A stretch of DNA of 64,000 nucleotides from Nitrospirota bacterium (lineage in GTDB: Bacteria > Nitrospirota > UBA9217). The translations under genes and the position numbers were made by a program. Shown here piece after piece: positions 30,413 to 40,612 of the stretch. Where the stretch lies: positions 192,001-256,000 of the forward strand of contig CAVVUN010000003.1 in assembly GCA_963751455.1 (NCBI GenBank), given 5' to 3'. Below the pieces are notes generated by a model. It did no database searches. It saw nothing but the letters and a program-made list of their open reading frames with translations, and was not told where the DNA came from. Positions within the stretch are counted from its first letter, which is position 1, and the number at the start of each line of letters is the position of its first letter.

Positions 30413-32122
30413 ATGGAAGCGCCATTTTCCGCCCCCCGTGCCCCTCTCAATGAAAAGTCCCTCTCGATCGTCCCCCTGGGCGGTGTGGGTGAAATCGGAC
30501 TGAACATGACCGTCCTGGAATACGGCGGCGACATCATGGTCATAGACGCGGGCCTGATGTTTCCCGACGCCGAAATGCTCGGCGTCGACATAGTTATTCC
30601 CGATTTTTCCTATTTACTCGAAAACAGGGACCGTATCCGCGGAATCGTCATCACGCACGCGCATGAAGACCACATAGGCGCGCTGCCTTTTTTGCTTAAG
30701 GAGATCAACGTCCCGATCTACGGCACCCGCCTTACTCTCGGCTTCGTGAAAGAGAAGCTCAAGGAGCATGAGCTTGACGACCAGGCGCAGCTCATTGTCG
30801 TGAAACCACGCGATGTGGTCCAGCTCGGAAGCTTCAGGGTCGAGTTCATCCGCGTCACGCACAGCATCGTGGACGGCGTCGGCCTCGGCATTACCACGCC
30901 TGTCGGCCGGATCGTCCATACCGGTGACTTCAAAATCGACCCCACGCCCGTAGACGGCGAGGTCATGGACCTGCGGACGTTTTCGGAATACGGGGACAAG
31001 GGCACCCTCGTCCTCCTTTCCGACAGCACAAATGCCGGGCAGGGCGGGTATACGTTCTCGGAGAAAGAGGTGCGCCGCGGGCTTGAGCACATCTTCAGCC
31101 ATGCAAAGGGCAGGATCGTGGTCGCGACCTTCGCCTCGAACATCCACCGCGTACAGCAGATCATTGACGTGGCCGTGATGTACAACCGCAAAGTGATCCT
31201 GAACGGCAAAAGCATGATCGCGAACGCGCAGATCGCGCTCGACCTGGGCTACCTCAAGATGCCGTCCGACACCTGGCTGAAGATCGACGCGCTCAAGACC
31301 CTGCCGGACGACCAGATGGTCATGATCACCACCGGGAGCCAGGGTGAGCCCATGAGCGCCCTTTCCCGCATGGCCGCGAACGAGCACAAGCACTTCCAGA
31401 TCAAAAAAGGCGACACCATCGTTCTCTCGTCCAAGATGATCCCGGGAAACGAGCGCGGCATAACGCGCATCATCAACCATCTGTTCAAGCGCGGTGCGGA
31501 GGTCTTCTACGAAAAGGTGTCGGAAATCCACGTCTCCGGCCATGCGTCCAAGGAAGAGCTCAAGCTGATGCTCAGCCTGATCAAGCCGAAATATTTCATA
31601 CCGGTGCACGGCGAGTATCGCCACCTGGTCTACCACGCCCAGCTTGCCACGAAGGTGAATATCCCCGAGGAGAACATCTTCATTATCGAGGACGGCGTGG
31701 TGATGGAGTTTACGGAGAACAGCGCGCGCAGGGCAGGCGTCGTGACCGCGGGCAGGGTCTACATCGACGGCAAAACCGCGGGCTCCACGGCCGACGCCGG
31801 CGTGGACACGGTTGTGCTCCGGGACAGGATGAAACTCGCGCACGACGGTGTGGTGATCGTGATCCTCGGGATCGAAAAAATTACCGGCAAGGTGGTCTCC
31901 GGGCCTGACATCGTGTCGCGCGGGTTCGTGTTCGAGGACGCGTCGCAGGAGCTCCTGGCCGAGGTGAAAGACGTTGTCATGGACACCCTCACGCTCATGA
32001 TTCCCGAGGCCAAGGGCGACTGGTCCCTCGTCTCCGCGAGGGTCCGCACCGCGCTCAAGAAGTTCATCAACAAGCGCATGGAACGCCGGCCCATGATCCT
32101 GCCGATAATCATGGAGATATGA
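30413..32122 (+). CDS. rnj: Ribonuclease J
   Basis: PLGGVGEIG; THAHEDHIG; HTGDFK; TGSQGEP; HVSGHA; PVHGE. Confidence 0.96.
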   Translation: MEAPFSAPRAPLNEKSLSIVPLGGVGEIGLNMTVLEYGGDIMVIDAGLMFPDAEMLGVDIVIPDFSYLLENRDRIRGIVITHAHEDHIGALPFLLKEINVPIYGTRLTLGFVKEKLKEHELDDQAQLIVVKPRDVVQLGSFRVEFIRVTHSIVDGVGLGITTPVGRIVHTGDFKIDPTPVDGEVMDLRTFSEYGDKGTLVLLSDSTNAGQGGYTFSEKEVRRGLEHIFSHAKGRIVVATFASNIHRVQQIIDVAVMYNRKVILNGKSMIANAQIALDLGYLKMPSDTWLKIDALKTLPDDQMVMITTGSQGEPMSALSRMAANEHKHFQIKKGDTIVLSSKMIPGNERGITRIINHLFKRGAEVFYEKVSEIHVSGHASKEELKLMLSLIKPKYFIPVHGEYRHLVYHAQLATKVNIPEENIFIIEDGVVMEFTENSARRAGVVTAGRVYIDGKTAGSTADAGVDTVVLRDRMKLAHDGVVIVILGIEKITGKVVSGPDIVSRGFVFEDASQELLAEVKDVVMDTLTLMIPEAKGDWSLVSARVRTALKKFINKRMERRPMILPIIMEI

Positions 32123-32296
32123 GTTTTTTTGGACGCGGATTTACGCAGATTGACGCAGATGAAAAATTACTGCCATTCACGAAGGCGGCTTTGTTGTCGT
32201 GTCGACTTTTCGTCTTGGGGTCTCTGCCTGCGAACCATTCCGCAATCCGCATTCCGAAATCCGCAATCGATACCCACTCAAATTATAACTTGAGAA

Positions 32297-32352
32297 TACC
32301 CTGAAAATACCCCGTCGATTTTCTTGACAACGGAAATAATCCTGACAATAAT
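32297..32352 (+). promoter_or_regulatory. Box I plus sigma70-like promoter
   Basis: TACCCTGAAAATACCC, 11 nt, TTGACA, then -10-like AATAAT. Confidence 0.65.
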
Positions 32353-32500
32353 AAACGCAGTTTTTCAGCAATTCCTCCCTCTACCTCTGGAGCTCTGAAC
32401 TCTGACCTGGCAACTCTGGGCGCGCAACGTTCCGAAGTGCACCAAGTCCCTTCATCACGCGTCGAAATTGTAATGATCCATCTTATAAGGGGGCCTCAAA

Positions 32501-33284
32501 ATGACCCTTGTCGATAAAAAGAGAATTCTGGTTGTCGAAGACGATCCTGAAATGATCAAGCTGCACCGGGATTTTCTCTCGGAGAGTTATACAATCATTC
32601 ATAAACCTGACGGGAAAAATACCATACGCTATTTAAAGGAGAACCGAAACATACATCTTGCGATCATCGATTACAAACTGCCTGACATGTCAGGCCTCGA
32701 GGTTCTTAAGGAAATTAAAAAAATAATGCCCTCTGTTCCCGCCATATTCATAACCGGGCATGGGAACGAAGACGTCGCCGTAATGGCGTTCAGGTGCGGA
32801 GCGCGGGACTACGTCAAAAAGCCTTTCGTGTACGAAGAGTTGATGAAGCGGATAGCTTTCTGCCTATCGCTCAACAGTACCAGAGAGAGAAGGGCTGTCC
32901 GAAAAGAGCCTGAAAAAATCACTAGCGACATGTTTCCGAGCGCCGATGCCGCGAAAAAAAATTATTACGTCCAACAAGCCTGCAGATACATTCAGAACAA
33001 CTACTCCACAGATATCACTCTTAACCAGGCGGCAAGCACCCGTCGGCGTATCCAAATATCATTTTTCCCGTTTATTCAGAGAGACGACCGGTTCAACCTT
33101 TCAAAGTTATTTAAACCGCGTAAGAATAAAACGAGCAAGGAACTTATTGAGTGATAATGCGCTATCGATCACGGATATAAGTTTTTCCGTCGGGTATTCC
33201 GAGTTGAGGCAGTTTGAGAAGATGTTCAAGAAAATCGTTGGCTCAACCCCTACCGAGTACAGGAAGAGTAACAGTAGGAACTAA
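32501..33284 (+). CDS. Response regulator with AraC HTH (YesN-like); frameshift ~33038
   Basis: REC domain in 32501 frame; AraC domain (GVSKYHFSRLF...ITDISFSVGY...GSTPTEY) in shifted frame; paralog of 38947. Confidence 0.85.
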
Positions 33285-33408
33285 GGAGTGAGGAGTACTG
33301 CATCGTTGCCTACTGCTTGCTGGAATGTACTTTATTCTGCTGGTTACGAATGTTCCCCTTCTCTCCCCGCTTTTTTCATCTCTATCACGTTTACAACTTT
33401 TCAAAAAC

Positions 33409-33472
33409 AGCAATAAAAGACGCATAAAATAGCAAGAAACGCCGCGACAAATTAGAAATTTTATGTAACAAT
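33409..33472 (+). promoter_or_regulatory. Box II tandem site (putative AraC-type activator site)
   Basis: AGCAATAAAAGACG (33409) and AGCAAGAAACGCCG (33431), 22-bp spacing, followed by GACA. Confidence 0.6.
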
Positions 33473-33708
33473 ATGCCGTGTTGAAGTTCGCTCCGAAGCT
33501 GCGGGCTTCAGCACGTTGGATTCATGGTTGACGTTTTTTGAAAAGTTCACAGAAAGGAGGTTAGAAGTGGTTTTATTCTGATACCACTCCAAAGGAAAAT
33601 TTTAAATATTACATCTAATATCATCCTCAGTCGTAACCATAAATTACCACGAGCAAATAAATATGCACAGAAATATTAACACATATTCTCAAAAGGAGGT
33701 TCAAATTT

Positions 33709-34518
33709 ATGAAAAAAATTGCTTTCAGTAATCTGTTCCTTATATTCGTTTTTATCTGCATAAGGCAGGCGAATGCAACAACACTATTGCAGATGAATTT
33801 CGATGATCTTGTCACAATCTCGGACGGAATAGTTGCCGGGACAGTGCACAACATTGAATCTTACTATGATGATCAGAATGAAATATATACAGATATAACG
33901 CTAAAAGATTTGGATATAATAAATGGAATTTATAATCAGAATACGTTGACCATACGACTCAATGGCGGCGAAGTTGCAGGCCATGTGCTTTTTCTTGAAG
34001 GGGCCCCCCGATTCGACCTCAATGATCGCGTAATTTTATTTCTCTTAGAAAACGGTAAAATTCTCGTGCCGATAGCAGGCTGGACACAAGGTGTATTTCG
34101 AGTTATTACGGATCCCAGCACGGCTAAGAAGACGGTCAGGGACCATCAAGGCAATCGAGTTTTTAGCATTGCTGGGGACAGAATTGTAAAGGAAAATATA
34201 TATTCCGAAACGGCAAACCTTGTTGATAAGCGGACAGGGATGGCTATTGTAGCTCATGATGATGGTCAATCTACGGGTGGATTCTCATTCGAAGGCCCCG
34301 ATGGCACAATCCGCAATAGCACGTTGACGGGTAATATGCAAAAGGAGACTCTTGACAGCCCGGATAAACCCGCTATCGAAGTAGAAGCCTTCGTTCTTGC
34401 CATAAAAAATAAGTTGAAGGAAAAAGGCAAAGAGAAGAAGATTATAGTAAATTTCAACAGGTCAGAATATCGTGCGTCCAAGAACTTCGCGGCAAAGCCA
34501 ACAGGTGATAATATGTGA
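33709..34518 (+). CDS. Secreted hypothetical protein (ATTL...DDLV...IVAGTV...GAPRF type domain)
   Basis: AGGAGG RBS; signal peptide ending ANA. Confidence 0.75.
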   Translation: MKKIAFSNLFLIFVFICIRQANATTLLQMNFDDLVTISDGIVAGTVHNIESYYDDQNEIYTDITLKDLDIINGIYNQNTLTIRLNGGEVAGHVLFLEGAPRFDLNDRVILFLLENGKILVPIAGWTQGVFRVITDPSTAKKTVRDHQGNRVFSIAGDRIVKENIYSETANLVDKRTGMAIVAHDDGQSTGGFSFEGPDGTIRNSTLTGNMQKETLDSPDKPAIEVEAFVLAIKNKLKEKGKEKKIIVNFNRSEYRASKNFAAKPTGDNM

Positions 34519-34608
34519 TCTGCGGTTCGCGATTCCTCTGCATCCGGATACTGAGCGAAAGTAAAAATTCATCTCTTGTATAGAGTAACTCAGAAAGGAG
34601 CATCTCAT

Positions 34609-35682
34609 ATGAAGAAACATCGAATTCTCAGAGCATTAATTTCCATATCTATCGGATTTGTGCTTACAATACTGACTTCATACAATTCAGCACACGCTTA
34701 TAGCTGGACGCTCTGCCATATCTGGCCTAACACATATAATGTTACCTGGAGATACAATCCGACAATGAATATTAACACAACATCCTTTGTCCCCTGGTCA
34801 TCATGGGATTTGAGGTTGCAGAATGCTATGTCTCATTGGACTAATGTTAATGGGTCGTACTTTCAGTTCTACGTGGGACGTGATACGGACGGAACATACA
34901 GCAGCTCAAACGGCGTCAGTGAAGTATATTTTGCATACGATCTAGGCGCGGGTAGTGGCGTTTTGGCCTTAACAAAGAAGTCATGGGATTGTTTTTGGAG
35001 GGGAGAGTATAGACATTTTTACACAGAAACGGATATAGATTTCAATCTCAATTACTCATGGTCCACATCATCATACGACTATAACAATCCTTCGGGGCTC
35101 GGATATAACTTCGAGGGAGTAGCACTGCACGAGTTTGGCCATGCCCTGGGGCTTGGCCACTCCGATGGCGGAAGTGCTACCATGAATAGTATTTATCCAT
35201 TCAGCGGGCCTATCGGATATAATAGAGAATGGGATCCATTCGCAGATGATCGACAGGGCGTTCGTTTTCTGTACCCGGATTCAACTACGGAAATCGACAT
35301 AGCCGCCTCCCCACTCAAGTACTCAGGAGCTGGTCAATCTACACTGGTTTCGAATCCAATTAATGCGTCAAGAGGATCATATGTAACCATCGAGTTTACA
35401 ACATCAAACATGAGCACATCTTACGTATCCTATAAGACTGGTTTTTACCTTTCTACAGATGAAGTAATAAATACTAATGATATCCTCCTTGGGTGGATAG
35501 GTGTTTGGCAATATCCTGGTAATACATTAACAGCATCATCTCAACAGCTTTACATACCTACTTGGATTTCGCCAGGCTATTATTATCTTGGGTTTTATCT
35601 CGACTATGATTCGCAGATATATGAACCAAGCAAAGAATATAATAATTATCAGCAGATTCCAAGATCTATCTACATTTATTGA
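34609..35682 (+). CDS. Secreted matrixin-like (metzincin) metalloprotease with C-terminal CARDB-like domain
   Basis: HEFGHALGLGHS, Met-turn ATMN; FYLSTD...PGYYYLG. Confidence 0.88.
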   Translation: MKKHRILRALISISIGFVLTILTSYNSAHAYSWTLCHIWPNTYNVTWRYNPTMNINTTSFVPWSSWDLRLQNAMSHWTNVNGSYFQFYVGRDTDGTYSSSNGVSEVYFAYDLGAGSGVLALTKKSWDCFWRGEYRHFYTETDIDFNLNYSWSTSSYDYNNPSGLGYNFEGVALHEFGHALGLGHSDGGSATMNSIYPFSGPIGYNREWDPFADDRQGVRFLYPDSTTEIDIAASPLKYSGAGQSTLVSNPINASRGSYVTIEFTTSNMSTSYVSYKTGFYLSTDEVINTNDILLGWIGVWQYPGNTLTASSQQLYIPTWISPGYYYLGFYLDYDSQIYEPSKEYNNYQQIPRSIYIY

Positions 35683-35732
35683 TGCATGGCGATAGATAAG
35701 GTTGTTTGTCACTTCTATTAGTGGAGGTGTTC

Positions 35733-36506
35733 ATGAAAGCCGCCTGCAAACTTCTCATTCTTGTTTTATTAATCACAATAGCATCCTGTCGCGAAAGAAC
35801 TACTGCTGATATAGATTATGTTAACATAGACGAATACTGGACCCTTTACAGGAGTTCGGGTGAAGCGAGCGGAGAAAAAATATATTATTTAACGATCGTG
35901 AAATCGGCAGCGCCCGGCGCACCCTTTGGAACGTTTCAATATATTACCCCTGTAAATTTTTCATCCGGCGACCTTTCTCTCGGAGAAAAACTTCAGACTC
36001 AAACTCTTCAGCACTCGCTTCCAGATATCTCTTTTTCCTGGTTTTCTCTAACTGAAGAAGACGGCGAAATTACCTGCACAGGCCAGATCAATGGCGATGT
36101 AATGAGCGGTCAATGGACTCAGAAAATTATTTCGTCAGGTCTTACAGGAACAGGTACATGGAGGGCCTCGAAGGGTCTTGACGACGTGGAAAACGGCTCA
36201 TTTAAAAGAAACGTTGACACAGGAAAAACGCAGATCTATTTTCGGGCATGGGCAGACAGTGCGAGCAGGGTCTATGTCACATCTGATTTCATTACTGGAG
36301 CAGTCGAACTTGTTAAGTGCGGCAAGACAACTTTGAACATAGATATCTGGAAGATTTCGAATACACCCGATTGCTCAAGCGAAGGCTACTATGAATTCCC
36401 TACGCCATCAGGCTCATTAGTCGTGAAAACGCACATTGTAAAACCTTCCGGAGAAATAGTTCGTGAAAAAATAATCACTGATGGTACTGAAATAACTGGC
36501 AACTGA
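35733..36506 (+). CDS. Hypothetical lipoprotein
   Basis: GGAGG RBS; lipobox IASC. Confidence 0.7.
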   Translation: MKAACKLLILVLLITIASCRERTTADIDYVNIDEYWTLYRSSGEASGEKIYYLTIVKSAAPGAPFGTFQYITPVNFSSGDLSLGEKLQTQTLQHSLPDISFSWFSLTEEDGEITCTGQINGDVMSGQWTQKIISSGLTGTGTWRASKGLDDVENGSFKRNVDTGKTQIYFRAWADSASRVYVTSDFITGAVELVKCGKTTLNIDIWKISNTPDCSSEGYYEFPTPSGSLVVKTHIVKPSGEIVREKIITDGTEITGN

Positions 36507-36854
36507 ATTGGGCGCTGCATCACTCTACAATATACCGGCAGATCTAGGACAAGGCCTGTTTCGCTAGATGAAATCCCTTCATCCAACCCCTTCAGGGCAA
36601 AAGCTTTAGCGACTGGTAGTAGTTGACGTTGTTTCAAAAAATAGATAATGTGGCATGATGATGCTGTCAGGTGTGAACTCCAGTACCTCGATTCCGGCAC
36701 CGCAGCCGGAACCAGTGCAGGAATCTGTGAAGAAATAAAATAACATCTTTAGCGCCCCTTAAATCCCCTTTGGCTAGGGGGGCAGCCTCTAAGGCAGTTA
36801 ATTCTTGTTTTTGTCAATGAACAAGTGCCGAATGTAATTTAAGGAGGAATTCAA

Positions 36855-37385
36855 ATGACTAGACTGCCGGGTTTTATCTTATGTATGGCACTTCTTTTTA
36901 CGGGCATCAGTTGCAGCATCGGGTCAAATGAAACGGGGACAGGCGGCATTATTACGGCAAGTAGTGGCTGCAAGTCGCAAACTCAAGGAAAGGCCGGCAT
37001 TGGCTTGCAAGCAGCCAGTGATACCTATCAGAGCAACAAAACGTATGTGCTTTATAGCGATGAGGGGAAAACCCTCTCTCTTAAACACATAAACGCAGCT
37101 TTCAACTGTTGCCCTGAAAGCATAACGGCTAGCGCGACTATAGCTAATGGAACGATATTGATTGAAGAAAAAGAGGATACTTCGAGACGCGCATGCAACT
37201 GTCTCTGCCTGTATGATCTTGATATGAAAATTGAGAATGTAGAGGCAGGGCAATATGTTATGAAATTTATTGAGCCATATCGCTATACTGGAGATCCGGC
37301 AATTGAATTTACCATTGATTTGGCGCAGCAGACATCAGGAGTTTTTGAAGCGGCGAGAACTAAATACCCGTGGTATATGCCGTAA
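36855..37385 (+). CDS. Cys-motif lipoprotein, paralog 1
   Basis: Lipobox GISC; FNCCP and ACNCLC motifs. Confidence 0.8.
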   Translation: MTRLPGFILCMALLFTGISCSIGSNETGTGGIITASSGCKSQTQGKAGIGLQAASDTYQSNKTYVLYSDEGKTLSLKHINAAFNCCPESITASATIANGTILIEEKEDTSRRACNCLCLYDLDMKIENVEAGQYVMKFIEPYRYTGDPAIEFTIDLAQQTSGVFEAARTKYPWYMP

Positions 37386-37432
37386 CACCTATGCCGGGTA
37401 CACGAGCTGCAAGACAATCAGTAGGGGATGGT

Positions 37433-37924
37433 ATGACGAGACCACTGGGTGTAATTATTTGTGTCGCGATTCTTTTTATTGGCATTAGCTGCAGCAGCGG
37501 ATCAAATGGAACGGGAACAGGCGGCATTATTACGGCAAGCAGCGGATGCAAGTCGCAGACTCAAGGAAAGGCCGGCATTGGCTTACAAGCCGCTGATACC
37601 TATCAGGCGGACAGAACATATGTGCAATACGAATTCGAGAACAACAATCTTTTTCTGAAGCATATAAACGCCTGGTTCAACTGTTGCCCAACCAGTATAT
37701 CGGCCGTCGCTTCCGTCGTTGATGGAACAATATCGATTGAAGAAAAGGAAGACCTTTCGAGAAGCGCATGCAAATGTTTGTGCCGATATGATTTGGACAT
37801 GAAAGTAGACAACGTAGAGGCCGTGCAATATACAATCAGAATCATTACACCGCAAGTAGCACAACCCATCGAATTCAACATATATCTGGAGAGGCAGACA
37901 TCAGGCGTTTTTGAAGTGGTGTGA
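37433..37924 (+). CDS. Cys-motif lipoprotein, paralog 2
   Basis: Near-identical N-terminus to 36855; FNCCP and ACKCLC. Confidence 0.8.
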   Translation: MTRPLGVIICVAILFIGISCSSGSNGTGTGGIITASSGCKSQTQGKAGIGLQAADTYQADRTYVQYEFENNNLFLKHINAWFNCCPTSISAVASVVDGTISIEEKEDLSRSACKCLCRYDLDMKVDNVEAVQYTIRIITPQVAQPIEFNIYLERQTSGVFEVV

Positions 37925-38107
37925 ACCAAAGACGTTTGCTTGTAAAATACCACGCAGCTTCAAGGACGCAAACCAGATCCCCGATAAGGTCGTTCGGGGA
38001 TGACAAAAAGAACTGTCATGCATCTGCTTTAACCATTCCGCACTCCGCACGCGCAACTCCGAATTAGATAAGCTCCGCAATCGCGCCCTTAAATTGTAAT
38101 TTAAGGA

Positions 38108-38164
38108 TACCCTAAAAATACCCCATCGATTTTCTTGACAAAGCAGTAAATCCCGCTAATAATA
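38108..38164 (+). promoter_or_regulatory. Box I plus sigma70-like promoter
   Basis: TACCCTAAAAATACCC, 11 nt, TTGACA, then TAATAAT. Confidence 0.65.
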
Positions 38165-38351
38165 GTGCAGTTTTACTATTCCTGCCTCTACACCAGTGCG
38201 ATTGTTTTTCTCGGTTTTGAACCGTCTCAATGTTTTTTTACAAGCTACTTAAGATGTTCCACGATGTGCCCTGAGGCGCACTGTTTTTACGGTGATTTAC
38301 GATGACCTTCCGCGGTACTGCATCTGTGCCGCCTGAAAAAGGGGAAGCGCC

Positions 38352-38950
38352 ATGATCCATGAATACAGCATTAATAACATTCCGGTACTGACGGGCGATA
38401 TCATCTGCACTACCGACGGGGGGCCCCGATTCTCGAAGGGCAGTTTTGGCGGTTTATCGGGAAGCTCATCCCGGGGCCGGTCGACCATGTAGCCGTATAT
38501 ACCGGGCCGGAAGGCAGGTGCGTGGAGGCAGGCCCGAGCGGCGTCGTTGCATTCGACGTCGCCGGAGGGACGTGGAATTCCCTGAATATGCAAAAGCAGC
38601 GCGGGCTCGTCGTTGATACGTTCTACGGGATCGCGTGCCCTGCGGAAAGAGACGGTCTTTCCAAAAGCGAAAAGACGGAAATCCGGGAAAATGTTGCCGA
38701 CTACTGCCTGTATCAGGCCAGGGCGCGAAAACCGTACAACCTGAACTTTCTCAATTCGCGGACGGAACATTCTTTTTACTGCAGCCAGCTGGTATACATC
38801 GCGTACCTGAAGAACGGCATAAATCTGAATACCGACATCGGCATTCCCGATTTTCCGGGAAGCCACTCGATCATTTTTCCCCAGGAGCTCTGGAGCGGCT
38901 GCACGAATAAAAGGCGTGAAGGGGAAAAGAGCGGGGCAAGACGGCCATGA
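38352..38950 (+). CDS. Permuted papain-like NlpC/P60 (YiiX/YebB-like) enzyme; frameshift in G-run ~38420
   Basis: TGDIICT, then shifted frame DHVAVY...CVEAG...KPYNLNF...FYCSQLVY (His before Cys). Confidence 0.8.
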
Positions 38951-39747
38951 TTGCCGAAACATCCCGCACAGCGGCAAAAAAGACGATCCTGGTAGTTGAA
39001 GACGATCCTCATATGATTGCTCTCCACCGGGATTTTCTGTCCGACAGCTACACGGTGATTCTTAAAACCGACGGCAAAAAGACCCTGCGCTTTTTAAAGG
39101 AGGCCCGCGGCATCGATCTTGCGATCATCGATTTCAGGCTTCCCGATATGTCGGGCATCGAGGTCCTGAAAGAAGTAAAGAAAGCGCTGCCCTTCATTCC
39201 CGCCATATTCATAACCGCGTACGGAAGCGAGGACATCGCCGTGAAGGCCTTCCGGTGCGGCGCCCGGGAATATATAAAAAAACCGTTCGTGTACGACGAG
39301 TTCGTGAAGAGGATAGATTTCTGCCTGTCGCTTAGTGAGATCCGGCAGGTGAAGAGAAGAACGCCGGTGGTGAACGAGCAGGAAGACAATATAGCCGACG
39401 CATCTGCCTCAAAAAGGAGCTATTCGCTCCAGCAGGCAAAAAAATATATCGATAACAACTATACTGCGGAGATCGCCCTGGAGCAGGTCGCCGAAATAGC
39501 CGGCGTGTCCGTATATCATTTCTGCAGGCTCTTTAAAGTAATGACCGGTGTGACTTTCCAAAGCTACGTGAACCGCCTCAGGATGGAGCAGGCCAGGAAA
39601 CTCCTGGATGACGACGGCTTTTCGATCACGCAGATTGCATTCTCGGTCGGTTATTCCGACCTTACGCATTTTGACAGGATATTTAAAAAAGTTTCGGGCT
39701 GCACGCCTACGCAGTATAAAGCTCGGGCCACAATACCGGGAAAGTAG
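38947..39747 (+). CDS. Response regulator with AraC HTH (YesN-like)
   Basis: REC (EDD, DFRLPD) plus VAEIAGVSVYHFCRLFK...ITQIAFSVGY...GCTPTQY. Confidence 0.93.
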   Translation: MIAETSRTAAKKTILVVEDDPHMIALHRDFLSDSYTVILKTDGKKTLRFLKEARGIDLAIIDFRLPDMSGIEVLKEVKKALPFIPAIFITAYGSEDIAVKAFRCGAREYIKKPFVYDEFVKRIDFCLSLSEIRQVKRRTPVVNEQEDNIADASASKRSYSLQQAKKYIDNNYTAEIALEQVAEIAGVSVYHFCRLFKVMTGVTFQSYVNRLRMEQARKLLDDDGFSITQIAFSVGYSDLTHFDRIFKKVSGCTPTQYKARATIPGK

Positions 39748-39869
39748 CACGAAACACCACCCTGCCCCCCGTCCTGAAGCACAAACCGACCCTTTGTTCG
39801 TTGTGCATTTTGCAATTTACACTTTGCAATGTGCAATAATCCTCGGTCTATATCTGTTTTTTCCCGAAT

Positions 39870-39933
39870 CGCAAGAAATGCTGAATGTTTAAGCAAGAAA
39901 CGCCGAGACGGGAATTTATTAATATGCAATAAT
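39870..39933 (+). promoter_or_regulatory. Box II tandem site
   Basis: CGCAAGAAATGCTG (39870) and AGCAAGAAACGCCG (39892), 22-bp spacing, then AGAC and AATAAT. Confidence 0.6.
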
Positions 39934-40004
39934 CATCCGGGGTACGATATTTTATCCTGATACGGCTGCGCTATAAAAGCATTTGCCCGCTGGATGGTTA
40001 AAAA

Positions 40005-40409
40005 ATGAAAAGGTCTGTTATACCTCTGTCACTGCTGCTTCTGCTGATTGCAGGCTGTCGGCCGGACCTGGTCGTGGAGAAAATCAGCTCCGACAGCGCG
40101 GCCGGGACCGTTACTGCGACGATAAATAATATCGGCAATGCGGATGCCGGTGGTTTTCTCGTATACTTTAATGCTGAAGAAGATCCCGGGTCGGAAAGCT
40201 ACTTCCCGCGGGTGAGCCGATCGGTTCCCGGTCTCGCCAAGGGTCAATCCTTGACGCTGCCGCCTGCCCAATTCGGTCCGCTGACCGGGCCGGACAATAA
40301 CGCGAGAAGGATCTACCAGGTGACGGTCGTAATAGATCCTGAAAATACGGTAAAAGAATCAAAAGAATGGAATAACGATAAAAGCATTCCTTTCCATTTT
40401 CCACGTTAG
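40005..40409 (+). CDS. CARDB-domain lipoprotein
   Basis: IAGC lipobox; PDLVV...NIGNADAG...IDPENTVKESKEWNN. Confidence 0.85.
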   Translation: MKRSVIPLSLLLLLIAGCRPDLVVEKISSDSAAGTVTATINNIGNADAGGFLVYFNAEEDPGSESYFPRVSRSVPGLAKGQSLTLPPAQFGPLTGPDNNARRIYQVTVVIDPENTVKESKEWNNDKSIPFHFPR

Positions 40410-40511
40410 CCGTAAGAGCGCCATAATCATATCGCTGCTCGTTGTGTTTGCCTCTTAACTATCAATTCAGCTCATAATCCTGCCTTTGTTACTTTTCTAA
40501 ACAAATTAAAT

Positions 40512-40575
40512 AGCAAATAACGCCGACTGTTTTAGCAAGAAAAGCCGAGACAAATTTTTTATTTTGTGCAACAAT
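40512..40575 (+). promoter_or_regulatory. Box II tandem site
   Basis: AGCAAATAACGCCG (40512) and AGCAAGAAAAGCCG (40534), 22-bp spacing, then AGACA. Confidence 0.6.
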
Positions 40576-40612
40576 CCGAAAGTTTCGTTCTTACCAAAAC
40601 AGGAGAATAAAT

